DNA of 64,000 nucleotides from Octopus sinensis (GCF_006345805.1 NC_043003.1:40486001-40550000); one strand, 5' to 3'; shown: positions 25,761 to 40,180, numbered from the stretch's first letter. The notes: a model not told the origin generated them from the sequence alone. Made by a program: numbers and translations.

Positions 25761-26301
25761 ATATATATATATACTTACGTTTGTGTATGTTTCTGTTCCT
25801 GTAACCTACCAGTTCCGCAAAGCGGGCCGATAGATTAAATACCAGGGAGGGGGGAATTCACTCGAGTAAAAATCTTGAAGGTGGTGCCCTAGAATGGTCG
25901 CAGTCTAATAGCTGAAACAAGTAAAAGACGCGCCCGCCGGTCCAGGAATCGAAATCACACACCCATTAACCTAACACGCTCGCCACTAAGCCATGAACCA
26001 GCACGACTTTGGTTTAATACATTTAAGATCGTTTTCTTTATTATCGCTTCTTATTTAGCTCTTCTGATTAATTCGACCATTTTACAGTTACTTTAGCAGA
26101 AATGTAAATATATAGTGTGAAGATTAGCATACTTCCATATTTTAACATGTTAAATATGTGTAGGTACGTAAGTTTACTTTCATTTCTATTTATATATTTT
26201 TATATCCAAATTAGAACGTGTTTCCACCTCTATATAATCATGCATACCTCCATGTGGGAGAATACATGTTCATTTATTTGGGATATATATACACATAGGT
26301 G

Positions 26302-26339
<38 letters not shown>

Positions 26340-26365
26340 CGCGCGTGTACATATATATATATGTA

Positions 26366-26405
<40 letters not shown>

Positions 26406-26427
26406 CATACACAAATATCTATGTATA

Positions 26428-26459
<32 letters not shown>

Positions 26460-26616
26460 AAGATATATATGTATATATACGCATACATACACATGGTTCT
26501 CTCCCTCTCTCGCTCTCTCTCTCTATCTATGTATATAGGTTTATTTATATGGATATATATATTTTTTTCTTTATATATATTTATGTGTATGTGTGTGCAT
26601 AATCTCTTTTTATCTA

Positions 26617-26720
<104 letters not shown>

Positions 26721-27439
26721 TCCATCCATCTATCCATAACAATGCACAAATATACACACACACACACACATTTATGTATTGCTGGGTGATTATCTTTCTA
26801 TAAATGTGTATAAATACATGTATGCTGAATTCTGTTTTGTTGCGTGTATGACAATAAGAAAAAATGATGTATCAACACTTGAGGTGTTCAGATATTTTGC
26901 AAAATTTAATTATCTAATTATGAACGTACAAGAATTCGGGTTGGTTATGTATACTCTTGCGTGATAAGAAATTATACTAGTCTTCTCTGTGTGTGCATGT
27001 ATGTGTGTATATCTTGATGTACAGCAATAAGTATTTGTATATATATTTGTACATTTATTTTTAATACATGTTTCTTTACATATGCGCATGTATCTATGCA
27101 TGTAAGCATAGATGTTAAAAGAAGGCTTATTATTTTGAAGTATACTTAAGAATAACTACTGAGAGTTTAAATTGTTTATGAAGATGAAGTTCGTTGGAAC
27201 TTCGTAATTCGCTGATCGTCTTCTTAAATTGTTTAACCAGGGTAAGAACATTTGCCTGCTAGTGATTCGAAATAAGGAGGAAAGCCTTATGGTGTGTACA
27301 ATTGGTTTTGGAAGTTCTTTAAAATCTCACAGAAAGGAATTTTTATATATGCCACTAGTTTACAGAGACGTAAACAAAAGTGCAACGGATGTCATGCGGC
27401 GGTTATCAAACATAGACTGAGACACACACATACATACAT

Positions 27440-27622
27440 ACGTACATACATACACAAAGGGCTTTTCTCAGTTTCCGTCTACTAAATCCACTCACAAAGC
27501 ATTAGTGGGCCCCAGGTTGTAGTAAAAGACACTTACTTGGTCAAGGTGCCACGTAGGAGGACTGAATCTGGAACTATGTGTTTGAGAAGAGATATTTTTG
27601 ACACTAGGCCACGCCTGCGCCT
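27440..27622 (-). mobile_element. SINE family A 5' half
   Basis: tttcttcagtttccgtctactaaatccactcacaa-like body ... gccacgcctgcgcc head. Confidence 0.75.
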
Positions 27623-28010
27623 GTATATACGAGAGTTTTATTAATCACTACAATTCCTCTATCACCAATCAACTCTATGTTGACTGATGATAGAGTATGG
27701 GCAGATTTTCGAAATCCAATGAATCTTCATACATTTATACAGTTACGAAATTTTACAAATACACTTTTTCAAGGAGATATGATAAACCTATTATAATGGG
27801 TAATACTACATGTACTTTTCATATTTTTTATATTGTGTTGTAATTCTTTGAACTAACAATGAGTGCGACTGAAGAGAGCTTTAAACCGTCTTTTATATCA
27901 ATAATACACTGATGTAATAACGGATTGTTTATAAAGCTTGAAATACGTGTACCACGATATCCTTTGTGTCCTGTTTTAAATTTTATTTGATATATATATA
28001 TATATATATA

Positions 28011-28341
28011 TGCTGAAACCCCCTTCGGTCATGACTGACCGTGCGATTGCACCTAGAAAGTTACCCTCCGAGGCACAAGTCGGGACAAGGTTGTTTATGG
28101 AAGACCAGCAGTCACCCATGCATACCGGCCTCCCCTCTCCACGCCACCAGTATTATCCAAGGGAAAGGCAAAAGCGGATACAGCTTGGCACCTGTGACGT
28201 CGCAACTCATTTCTACAGCTGAGTGAACTGGACCAACGTGAAATAAAGTGTCTTGCTCAAGAACACAACACGCAGCCCTGTCCGGGATTCGAACTCAAAA
28301 CCTCACGATCGTAAGCTCGACACTCTAACCACTGAGCCATG
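28011..28341 (-). mobile_element. tRNA-derived SINE family C (CORE-like central domain)
   Basis: Minus-strand head catggctcagtggttagag...gagttcgaatccc; body cttgagcaagacacttt...ctcagctgtagaaatgag; matches 55638-55975. Confidence 0.85.
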
Positions 28342-28361
28342 TCATATACATATATATATAT

Positions 28362-28405
<44 letters not shown>

Positions 28406-28454
28406 TATATATATAATATATATATATATATATTATATATATATATATATATGA

Positions 28455-28590
28455 CAAGTTTCTTTCAGTTTCTTTTTGCTAAATCAACTCACAAAGCTTT
28501 GGTCGGCCCGAAGCTATAGTAGAAGACACTTGTCTAAGGTGCCACGCAACCATGTGGTTGGCAAGCAACTTTCTTACTACACAGCCACAT
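28455..28590 (-). mobile_element. SINE family A 5' half
   Basis: Same body as the other family A copies. Confidence 0.7.
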
Positions 28591-29599
28591 ATAAATACGC
28601 ACGCACACATTTCTGGTAGTAAATAATTAAATGGGTTAAAGTTTATGAAAGAGATTAAAGGTATTGGGACAGTAGACAGTTAGGTAAAATAAAAAGTTAT
28701 GGACGAAGTTGAGCAAAGACATTCAACATAATGAGAATGGTCATTGGAGTATAATTATCAGTCGCTATAAGGCCAAGAATAATAAACAAACCAACAAAAA
28801 ACAATGCTTTAGTTTAGTTCGGGGCAAGAGTGGCTTGTAAATGGACTGGTTTAAGAAAATATTTTTAAAAGTATTAAAATTTCTTATTTAATGATGTGAA
28901 AAAATTTCACATAGTTATTATACTTAATTTGTTATATTTGTTTTATTAGCAATTTGTTCAGAGATTGTGTGGTGCTGCAGAAACAATTACTTGATAGTAG
29001 GATATTATTAGTAATTTAAAATCACATAAAATACAATATTCACCCTCATTTTATTAATGTTTTGTAATAATATGATATATTATTTAGGAGTGATGTCGTG
29101 GAATGGCAACTTCAGTACAATACCGAACTAAATGTTCTGCTGTATCTAGTTATATCATTTTGAGTTGAACCCAGCCGTATATTATAAGCATAATACAGGA
29201 CAATTGATGATCCTCAATTTTTAGATGTTGCCAGTATTTTGTTCTTATCCAATATTACTTATAATGTTACTTATAACACTGCAATGGCGTCAATGTTAGA
29301 AACGATTAGCGACTCGTGTTAACCGGATGAAGCTTGTAACATATTCGTGCTCTGTTTGAAGTCATATACTCATGCGAATCTCACCAAAATAACTTGTAGC
29401 GCCTGCACAAATGAGATAAAATGAATTTGGGACGGAGGTTACGTATGACTCAGTAAAAAAATTTCATAAGCGTTTTATAATACTTTCCTGAAGTAAATTG
29501 TTACCAATCAACCCTCCTCCGACTCTGGCGTACATCTTTGAGATACTTTACTAATTTTTGGTCATTGATTGCATCAAAGCACATGATTTTTAAAACGAA

Positions 29600-30010
29600 T
29601 TCTCCTTAGCTTCTTTGCATTTACTTGGCACTTGATTTACTTGGCACTTGTATCACGAATAGACTAAGACAACTATGCTGATTCATAATATTTAAAAGTT
29701 TGACAATTTGGAACAAAGATATACTTCCTGAGCACTATACTTTCTAGATCTCTCTGATTCTTAAATATAATATTATCGTTTTTCAGTATCAAACTTTTAA
29801 AAACGTCTGTGAGCAGATAGGGCAGTATGCAAAATTGAGTTTAGCAGATAACTTGAATTTAACTTCAAGATCTGTTTGCATGTCTTTAATATTATCAAAA
29901 CCTTAATAGCTCTTGACATTTTGACGTAACTTATGTGAGTATTAATCCCAGTAGTGTGTCTTTTACTACCGATCTCTCAATTGTGTATTGACATTGATCC
30001 TATTAGGTAT
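29600..30010 (-). mobile_element. highly degenerate CR1/L2-group LINE RT remnant
   Basis: Minus-strand pieces YTIERSVVKDTLLG, VTSKCQELLRF, KLNFAYCPI, NQRDLESI resemble post-RT motifs. Confidence 0.45.
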
Positions 30011-30482
30011 AATTTAATTTACCCTCTATATAAATAAATAAAAATCATTTGAAACATTTATAATTTAGTTTGACTAATTTGTTGTTCAGAAGAAGTATCA
30101 GTAGTCACTAACACTGAGTTCAAATCGCCTAAGAGTCAAATTCGCTTTCCGTGCAAAGCAACTGTTCTCTTTTTTAGATCCAAGACTAATCTGCCGAATT
30201 ATTCAGTCATAATGTTTCATGATTTTCTTCATACTTTATACACTTCGCAACTTCAATAAAACATTTATACAGTTCACATCGGTATAAGTTTTCTACTGAT
30301 TCGATCAACTATACAAGCACACACATTCACACACATGCGTGATCGCGCCACAGGGTAAGGGGGACACGTGAGACAGAAAGTCGCTGAAGAGGTCACAGAA
30401 TGAACTTTGACATATGAACATGATGATGATGATGATGATAATAATAATAATAATAATAATGATAATAATAATAATCATGATA

Positions 30483-30892
30483 ATCCTTTCTACTATAGGC
30501 ACAAGGTTTGAAAATTTGTGGGAAGGGCCAGTCGATTGCATCGATCCCAGTACGCAACTAATATTCAATTTATCAACCCCGAAAGGATGAAAGGCAAAGT
30601 CGACCTTGGCAGAATGTGTACTCAGAACGTAGCAATGGGGCGAAATACCGTTAAGCATTTCGTCCGGTGTGCTAACCATTCTTCCAGATCGCCGCCTTAA
30701 TAATCCTTTCTACGATAGGAGGGGAAAGTTGATCACATCGACCCTAGTTCTTGACTGGTACTTAATTCAAAGACCTCGAAAGAATGAAATATATAGTCGA
30801 CCTCGGTGGAATTTGAACTCAGAACGTAGCGACGAGCGACATACCGCTAAACATTTCGTCCGGCGCGCTTACGATTCTGCCAGTTCACTGCC

Positions 30893-30897
<5 letters not shown>
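30483..30897 (-). mobile_element. two SINE family B copies
   Basis: Reverse-complement matches, each beginning taatcctttcta and ending in tcgccgcc/cactgcc. Confidence 0.75.
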
Positions 30898-30974
<77 letters not shown>

Positions 30975-31254
30975 TAATAATAATAATGATAAAGCGAAGA
31001 TTAAATAAATAGTGCGTGTGTTTAATTGGTAAAAGATAACCATCCCGAAGTATAACAATATCTGTTACAGGGCACGATTTCATATCAAGAATCTGACAAA
31101 TCAAATACATTAACAATATATTTATACTTGTTTAAAATTACTGGGCGTGTGCTTAGAAACATAAAATCATTAGGAGTGTTTTTGATTTATCTTAGTTTTT
31201 TAATGCACTTTCTGCTGCGTATTTGTGCTTAAATATTTTGTTAATTTTTTAAAA

Positions 31255-31336
31255 GCCTAGTACTTATTCTATCGGTCCCTTCTGCCGAACTGCTACGTAA
31301 ACACACCAACACCGGTTGTCTAGCGGTAGTGGGGGA

Positions 31337-31370
<34 letters not shown>

Positions 31371-31490
31371 ACACACAGATATATGCTTAATATTATGCGA
31401 CGGGTTTCTTTCAGTTTCCGTCTACCAAATCCACGCACAAGGCTCAATGTGACACACAATTGGACTGAACCCGGCAAATGTGGTTGGGAA
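31255..31490 (-). mobile_element. SINE family A (deleted)
   Basis: agcctagtacttattctatcggt ... tttcagtttccgtctaccaaatcc. Confidence 0.75.
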
Positions 31491-32399
31491 GCCTAATTTT
31501 ATTTTTCTGTGTATATTGTAATTTTTCTGTGTATAAAGAGAATCATAATGTGTATTTACACCCGGTTAAAGTTTCAATGTAAAAATCTTTAAAAAATTAA
31601 ACTGAATTTTTCACTAACCGCTGTAAAGACAAAATCTTCTACAAAGTGAAATTTTAATATTAACCTAAAAATTTCGGTCAACTAAATTTATCAGTGTTAT
31701 TTCCCTTGATTATTAGTTTTAGATTTTAAACGTCCCAAGAGAGAGATGTTGTCCATTGATTGCCTGGATACTTTTAGTAAATCGAAGTTTTTCAAATGTC
31801 TGTCTTCCATACATCTGACCTTACTAAACTTGAAAATTCGCTTATCTAAAATAACCAGTTTCGGATAGAAAACCTAAGGGTTAATTAGTAACAGGTCCCT
31901 CGGCAACGGTGCACAAGCGCTTTCAGTTCTATAATTAGGTTTACTGTCCCCTTGAGGTTAGATATACGTATTTACAAAGGTGCAAAGTTTAATAATGTTT
32001 ATATTAAAAATGTCGATTTCCTTACGGTTTCAAAAGAAAAGAGTAAAGAGAATGCTGTTGAGGTTTAGCATTAGATCAGCCTCGCTTAAAGAGACACATG
32101 ATCAAAAATAATTTCAGCTGTAATCACGCAGTTCTTTTACAGGTACCAAGTAGATTATGTAATTCACATTTAAGATATTGTAGGGTTGTAATTTGTGATT
32201 TGGTTGCTATTTCTAGTATATTGAATAACCATAAACAGTTTTCATGAGGAATCTTTTTTCCGGTACTCCGCTGTTTTTGTGGTGCTATCACTAATTAAAC
32301 ACACTCACACACACATACACACACAAACACCCGTCTAGCAACTAAATCATGTCTGTACATCAGACTAGCAACATCTCCATCAATGACTTGATCGCTTCA

Positions 32400-33715
32400 C
32401 CTATGTTTTAAGGAATGTTACAGGTATCTAAGGGTGGATGAAAACATATCTTACAACTTACAATGGCACCTGTAACAAAACACGTGTCACTAAAAAATAT
32501 TACAGTCAAATAAAGAAAATTAGGACCTCAGAACACTCTGCATTCAATAAAACAGTGGCCCACAATGTTTTTGTAATGCCAGTACTCATACCAACATTTC
32601 TGCTGCTTAATGAGATCCAAGCTATTGATGTGAAAACTCGAAAATGCTAACAAGCACACATAATTCCTACATCAACACTGACGTAGACTGCATCTACCTA
32701 AAACGAAAGTAACGTAGCAGAGGCGTAACATCGAACCGGACTGCCTTTGGATGTCGTATCATATCTCTTCAGCAACATCTATTAACCACCAATTGTTGAA
32801 GTGCGTCCCTTGACAAAGTTTGCATGCATGAGGCTGATAGCATCATAAGACTTAGAAAGCAACTCCTTGAGCAGCATTCCTTATCCGATAACCGTAAATA
32901 CATACCCAAAGAAGTCGCACGATTCTACTGCAATGTATCATCAGATGAAAGGATGAGCGTGTCACAGCAGAAGAACATGATGATAGTAACATTGATTATC
33001 AAAGCAGTCATGGACCAACAACCAGATTACTACCTCTCACCTTGAAGGGTATGCGTTTGCAATCCAGGAACAAGAAACAGTAACCAAATATCTGATGCAT
33101 AAAAGGAACAGGGATGCAGGAAACGCAGTAAAATGTGACAACTGATGCAGATTTTGTGGAGTTAACACCCAAGATATCATCCACATCATAAGCAGTTGTC
33201 CGAAAATGTCATCACGGTATGATCTACCGAAGAGACATGACGTTGTAGCTAGGACACTGTATAACGAGATTAGTCGGAAGGACAAAGAAATAAGAACCCA
33301 CAGTATGGTAGTAGCCATAGCCACTCAGTATAAAAATGAGTACTGGTGGAATATCTCAGTGAAAGCTTCAATAAAATGTAAACACAATAGACCTAACATA
33401 ATGATTTCGCATAAGAGAAGAGAAACGGTATGCAGTTGTTGAAATTAGCTACCCAGCGGGTGTTAGCATAGAGCTAAAAATCAGCGAAAAAGAAAATACG
33501 CTGAACTATTGACAAAATTCGCAATTACTCTATCCAGATTACAAGATTACAATTATTGAGGCTCAAAGATATGTTATACATTGCCTACATGCCAATCTTG
33601 AGAAATTAGGCCTCTCAAAACCAGAACGGAGAAAATTAATTCGATGACTACAAATTCAATCAATCATTGGAAATGTAAAAATCTGTAAAACTTTCCGGAA
33701 GTTTATCATTTAAGT
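32400..33715 (+). mobile_element. R4/Dong-clade non-LTR retrotransposon 3' fragment (restriction-like endonuclease)
   Basis: YYSQIKKI..NKTVAHNVFVMPVL..IDVKTRK; CRFCG..HIISSCP..RHDVVA; HNRPNI; many stops. Confidence 0.8.
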
Positions 33716-33789
33716 ATATATGAGCACTCTAGATATGCAAGTATATGCATGAGAATACAGGCATAAAACAAAACTTACAAATCTGCGCT

Positions 33790-34290
33790 ATGAGGCACGA
33801 TGTTGTTCTTAAAGCAATTTACAATGCCATCCACAAAAAGACTGTTCTGAAATAAACTTAGAAAATCTCTCTGTTATGGAATACATTCATAACACCAACA
33901 CAAGGAATACTGGCGGAATATTCCCATCAAAACTTCTGTCAAGTGTAAATACAACAGGCCGGATATCGGGGTTTGGGACAGAGGGGCAAAGGTATGTACT
34001 ATCATAGAGGTCAGCTGCCCTGCAGATATAAATAACTCTTTGAAAATCAAAGCAAAAGAGGATATCTATGGACAACTTCGAAACCTCCAGGTTCTATATC
34101 CAGATTATGAATTCATATTCATACCAATGATATTTGGAGCACTATTTTTTGTTATTAAATGCCTAAAGTAGAATCGGGATAAACTGGGATTTTCAGAAAG
34201 AAAAAACTGACCGGCTAATTCGTACATTACAATTACAATCTGTGGATGTAAGAGTAAGAATATGCAAGACTTTTCTCAATTACATCCCAG
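33790..34290 (+). mobile_element. second R4/Dong-like 3' fragment
   Basis: RHDVVLKAIYNAI..KCKYNRPDIGVWD..IIEVSCPAD..IPMIFGAL. Confidence 0.8.
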
Positions 34291-34391
34291 AGGTTGAGCC
34301 TTGTATCTATGTTGGAAACCGGCTCTCTCCTCAGTTGGAAGATTTATAATAATAAAAGAATAGAAGATACATACATACATACATACATACA

Positions 34392-34423
<32 letters not shown>

Positions 34424-34793
34424 CATTGTTTAAACCTCGCCAAGATAAATATTTAAACCACCTGCTGAATGACTGTAACTCGAAAATTTAAAGAAATTAA
34501 CAGCCATGAAACGAACGTAGTGTTATATTAATTATATATTTTTAATAATTTTGTTATATATTTAAATAATATAAATTAAATAATCTTATGTATTGGCTTA
34601 AGTTTTTCATTGTCTGATTTGCCTAATAGTGGTTTTGTCTCTAATATAATATAATATAATATTTTACTATAAAATTGGATTCAATCCTAAATCTGATTTT
34701 TCCCTGTAAGTTTGGATTATTCCCTAATATTTATTATTATTATTATTATATTTATTATTATTATTATTATATAATATATATATATATATATAA

Positions 34794-35163
34794 TTATATA
34801 TAGAGGGCATTATACATACATGCCAGGAGGCATTCTACATACACGCCATACGCTAAGAGGGACAATCAGTCATTTCTACCAAAAATATTACTAATCCCAC
34901 CGAATGCAATTTTTCAAAGAAAGACATTTAAAAATATATAGACCTGTATCACAGTGATTTCATACTTACGTAATCATTGATGATTACGTAAGTATGAAAT
35001 CACTGTGATACAGGTCTATATATTTTTAAATGTCTTTCTTTGAAAAATTGCATTCGGTGGGATTAGTAATATTTTTGGTAGAAATGACTGATTGTCCCTC
35101 TTAGCGTATGGCGTGTATGTAGAATGCCTCCTGGCATGTATGTATAATGCCCTCTATATATAA
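34794..35163. repeat. perfect palindrome, 184-bp arms, 2-nt spacer (tg at 34978-34979)
   Basis: Base-by-base reverse complementarity with no mismatch seen. Confidence 0.95.
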
Positions 35164-35298
35164 ATTAATATGTTCAATAAGAAATAATTATTTTCGAAAT
35201 TTTTTCTCGTATGAGTTTTTTACGCTATCTACCTGACAATTTCTTGTTAAGTTTTCCTTATTAAGTAGTTGTCCTAATTGCTATATATATATATATAA

Positions 35299-35377
<79 letters not shown>

Positions 35378-35388
35378 CATACATACAA

Positions 35389-35419
<31 letters not shown>

Positions 35420-35978
35420 CATATATACATACAAAAATATCCTGTTGATGTTGTTGAAATTCCAATGAAAGAGCCTTGGAACTAAGTTAGAAATCGGCTC
35501 CTCTATCGGCAAGAAATCCTGAAATAAAACTGAATTATAACGCATACATATACATACATACATACATACATACATGTACGTATATACATGCACACATATA
35601 CATAGATACACACATACATACACTTGCATGTAAACACACACACAGACACACAGGCACACACACACACTCCCTCTCTCTCTCTCTCTCTTTTACATGCACA
35701 CACACCCACACTTAGAAATGCGATCTTTGAAGCAAAAAGGAACATCACATAATACATTATAGAATCCCACATCTTAATCATAAATCAAGCTCACTCATCA
35801 ATATCCTTCCTACCGCCAAAATATCTAAGAAACAATAATGAGATGCGCTTGATGTATCTGATGCGATTCCTCTCTTATCACTAGAATAACAACAGCAACC
35901 GTCTTCCTTCTTTTCCAAAGATGAACATATTACGACTCCAGCCCACGCTTTATATAATAATAATAATAATAATAATAA

Positions 35979-36009
<31 letters not shown>

Positions 36010-36044
36010 TAATAATAATAATAATAATAATATAATAATAATAC

Positions 36045-36258
36045 TATTCAGACAAATACATAACAAAAACACCAGGACTTACAAACACATATAACATACA
36101 GAAAATTGCACTACTAGGCACTGCACACATCCTACGCAGAACACTTTCAATACAGTAACCATAAGAGCATCACAACAAATCACAGCACATACCCAAGGCA
36201 CACAGAACTGCGATCGGTAGTGAAGTGAAAGCACTCTATAAAAATAAAACTACTGAAT
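36045..36258 (+). mobile_element. R4/Dong-like 3' end within (AAT)n
   Basis: KYITKTPGLTNTYNIQKIALLGTAHILRRTLSIQ* plus 3' UTR; reverse copy at 56493-56715. Confidence 0.8.
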
Positions 36259-36259
36259 G

Positions 36260-36335
<76 letters not shown>

Positions 36336-36340
36336 TAATA

Positions 36341-36900
36341 GATTAAGACATGACAGAGTTGGCCAATATCTACACTGGCTAATAAGTCGACATTACAATA
36401 TCAAAACTGCCGACAAGTGGTATAATCACCACCCTGAAGCTGTAACTGAAGGAGAAAATGTAACGATTCTGTGGGACTTTCCAGTACATATAGACCGAAC
36501 CATCAAAGCCAATAAACCAGATATTTTTGTGAAAGACCAAAACAATAAAGTTTGCTTATTGGTCGACATGAGCATCCCCTGTGATTATAATATCTCGGCG
36601 AAAGAGTTTGACAAGCTCAGAAAATATAAAGACCTACCCATTGAAATTGAGAAAATGTGGCATCTCAAGGCGGTTACAATACCAGTGGTCGTAGGAGCAC
36701 TAGGAATGATCAAGAAGAGAACCGAAAATTATATGAGAATAATCCCTGGCTTACCATGCCTGCAAGAAGTGCAAAGGATTGTCTTAACGATACTTCACAC
36801 GTATTGAGAAGAGCATTGTCGATGTGAGAACTATTACTACCCATGTATTTTAATTTAACTTAAAAAAAATGAACGAACTATTGAGTTTAGTTTAATGGCC
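36341..36900 (+). mobile_element. R4/Dong-like 3' fragment within (AAT)n
   Basis: RHDRVGQYLHW..LWDFPV..NKPDI..LVDMSIP..KYKDL..IPVVVGALG. Confidence 0.88.
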
Positions 36901-37049
36901 TACCAATGTATACTATGAGTTTCTTTGCCCTAGGAGTCGGGAAGACACTCGGCAAGAAATGGAAGCAAATTTGAAAGAAAAAAAAATAATAATGATTCTG
37001 ATAATAATAATAATAATAATAACAACAACAACAACAACAACAACAACAA

Positions 37050-37287
37050 TAATAATAATAATGGTTTCAAATTTTGCCACAAGGGCAGTAATTTCGGGGA
37101 GGGCCTTAGTCAATTACATCAACTTCAGTGTTCAACTGGTACTTATTTTATCGACCCCGAAGGATGAAAGGCCAAGTCGACGTCGGTGGAATTTGAACTG
37201 AGAACGTAGAGACAAACGAAATGCATCGAAAGCATTTTGCACGGTATCCTAACGATTCTGCCGGTTCACTGCCTAACTACTACTACA

Positions 37288-37351
<64 letters not shown>

Positions 37352-38170
37352 ATAATAATAATTATTATTTGTACACTAGACATAAGGCCTAGACATTTTT
37401 TTTGTGTGGGAGAGGATAGTCTATTAGATCGACCCCAGTGCGTGATTGGTTCTTATTTAATAAGAAATAACTTGAGAAAAGTCTTGCATATTTTCACTCT
37501 TCCACCCACAGATTGCACTTGTAATGTACGAATCAGCCAGTCTATTTTTCTTTCTGAAAATCCCAGTTTATCCAGATTCTCCATTAAGCATTTACTAACA
37601 AAACCTAGTGCTCCAAATATATATATTTTAGATTTTTGCCAGCTTGAGGGAAGAGATTAAGTCGATTACATCGATACCAATCCGTAACAGGTACTTATTT
37701 AATCGACCCTGAAAAGATGAAAGGCAAAGTCGCCCTTGGCGGAACTTGAAACCAGAACTCGAAGACAGAGGAAATACCTATTTCTTTACTACCCACAAGG
37801 GGTTAAACACAAGAGGACAAACAAGGACAGACAAACGGATTAAATCGATTATATCGACCCCAGTGCATAACTGGTACTTACTTAATCGACCCTGAAAGGA
37901 TGAAAGGCAAAGTCGACCTCGGCGGAATTCGAACCCAGAACGTAACAGCAGACGAAATACTGCTACGCATTTCGCCCGGCGTGATAACGATTCTGCCAGC
38001 TCGCCGCCTTAACAACAACAGCAGCAGCAACAACAACAACAACAACAACAATCCTTTCTACTATAGGCACAAGGCCTGAAATTTGGTGGGAGGGGGCCAA
38101 TCGATTAGATCGACCCAGCACGCAATTGGTACTTAATTTATTGACCCCGATTCTGCCAGCTCACCGCCTT
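37050..38170 (-). mobile_element. cluster of SINE family B copies
   Basis: Repeated gaaaggcaaagtcgac..ggcggaatt..ctgccagctcgccgcc units at 37050-37275, 37660-38000 and 38050-38170. Confidence 0.8.
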
Positions 38171-38441
38171 AACAACAACAACAACAACATCAACAATAAT
38201 AGTATTATTATTATCATTATTTATATTTTCATTATTACTTTATTATTTATATAATATCATAGTCTCATGACAGCCAATTAACAGCTGAATGGTAAAATAC
38301 TTTTAAATGCAGGTATGTTCAATGACTGTTCATTTTACCTCTCCTTTTCTGGGAGGGTTTCAATAATATTAATTGGCTGCTGTGGGTGTATGATGTTGCA
38401 TAAATAAGTAGAATAATATACCATCTCAATTACCTGATATG

Positions 38442-38823
38442 GAAGCACTCCGTCGGTTACGATGATGAGGGTTCCGGTTGATCTGACCAACGGAACAGCC
38501 TGCTCGTGAAATTAACGTGTAAGTGGCTGAGCACTCCACAGACACGTGCACCCCTTAACGTAGTTCTCGGGGATATTCAGCGTGACACAGAGAGTGACAA
38601 GGCCGGCCCTTTGAAATACAGGTACAACAGAAACAGGAAGTAAGAGTGAGAGAAAGTTGTGGTGAAAGAGTACAGCAGGGATCACCACCATCCCCTGCCG
38701 GAGCCTCGTGGAGCTTTTAGGTGTTTTCGCTCAATAAACACTCACAACGCCCGGTCTGGGAATCGAAACCGCGATCCTATGACCGCGAGTCCGCTGCCCT
38801 AACCACTGGGCCATTGCGCCTCC
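38442..38823 (-). mobile_element. full-length tRNA-derived SINE family D with 36-bp flanking direct repeat
   Basis: Minus-strand head ggaggcgcaatggcccagtgg..gtttcgattccc; identical 36-mers at 38406-38441 and 38824-38859. Confidence 0.92.
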
Positions 38824-39381
38824 AAGTAGAATAATATACCATCTCAATTACCTGATATGTATGATTGGTAAATCTACGCATGTAACTATATTTACTACTT
38901 ATCTCCTAACATACGAATGGATTTGATACATTCAACGGATCTACTGATATGCAAATCAATAAAACCATGAACAAACAAACAAATATATCAGTTTGTGTTA
39001 GTCTTCGTATTTATCACAGGTATTTGTCTCACTTTGTTGAACGGACGACGTAAATATGAGACAGTGATGACAAGGCAAAACGTGTCGAGGAGACTTGTAA
39101 TTCATTCTGTACAAAGAGAGAGGAGAGAGAGAGAGAGAGAGGCAGAGAGAGAGAGAGAGCAGAGAGAGAGAGAGAGGCAGAGAGAGAGAGAGGCAGAGAG
39201 AGAGAGAGAGAAATAGAAGTGAAGAGAGTTTTCTGGTTAAAATACGGAGACTAGTGTAGTTAATGTATACGTATTAAACACGCTTGTTAATGCACGCTAG
39301 ACGACGCACACACATTAATGTACGCACGTTAATTTTATTATATATATATATATATATAATATATATATATAATATATATAT

Positions 39382-40180
39382 ACTTTGATACTTTGATACT
39401 TTGATAGGTTTCGGCCATTATTGGCCCAGGCCATGTCTAACTTAATAGCACCACCTGGTGAAGTCTTTCAAGTCAGAATTTGGGCACTATGGCCCACTCA
39501 AGTAGAGAGTATTGTTTACAGAGACATATCCGGGTGTAGGGGGTTTATCCGGGTTTCTTGAAGGAATCTGTCCAAAGACTTCTTGAACCCTATAGGGTCA
39601 GTTTCTGTTTTAATGTGTTTTGGTGTAATGTTAAAGAGAGCGGGGCCAATTGAGGTGAAATAATTGTGCCGTATTGTTGTTATGAGATGAGAGTGCGATT
39701 TTTGTTTTGGGCGGATGGCACGGGGCCCAAGCCTTGGATGTACCTTAAAGGTGATGCCAACATCATTTGGGCAATGGTGATGGAATATTTTCCACATCAT
39801 GCAGATGATGTAGCGCTCACGACGACGTTGGAGAGAATAAAGTTTTAGCTTTTCTAGTCGACCCCAATAGTCGAGGCCTGTCATGCCATCTATCTTTCTT
39901 GTGATTGCCCTTTGAGGTGCTTCAACTTTTATGATACTTTGTATTGTATGGGGAGACCACAGTGGACAACAGTATTCAAGGTGGGGTCGGGGAAAAGTGG
40001 AGAAGAGAAGGATAATGGTGTGGATATCTCTCGACTGGAAAGTTCTGAGAATCCAGGAACACATTCTGCGGGCCATGTCAACTTTGGTGTTTATATGAGT
40101 GGCCCAGCTTATGTTGTTGTCCACAATTACTCCCAAGTCTCTGATGTTGTTGGACGCCGCGAGAGTTTCACCAGAAGGAA
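39382..40180 (-). mobile_element. CR1/L2-group LINE 3' fragment
   Basis: RDLGVIVD..LEYCCPLWSPH..LYSLQRRRERY; 3' tandem repeat (atcaaagt)3. Confidence 0.9.
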
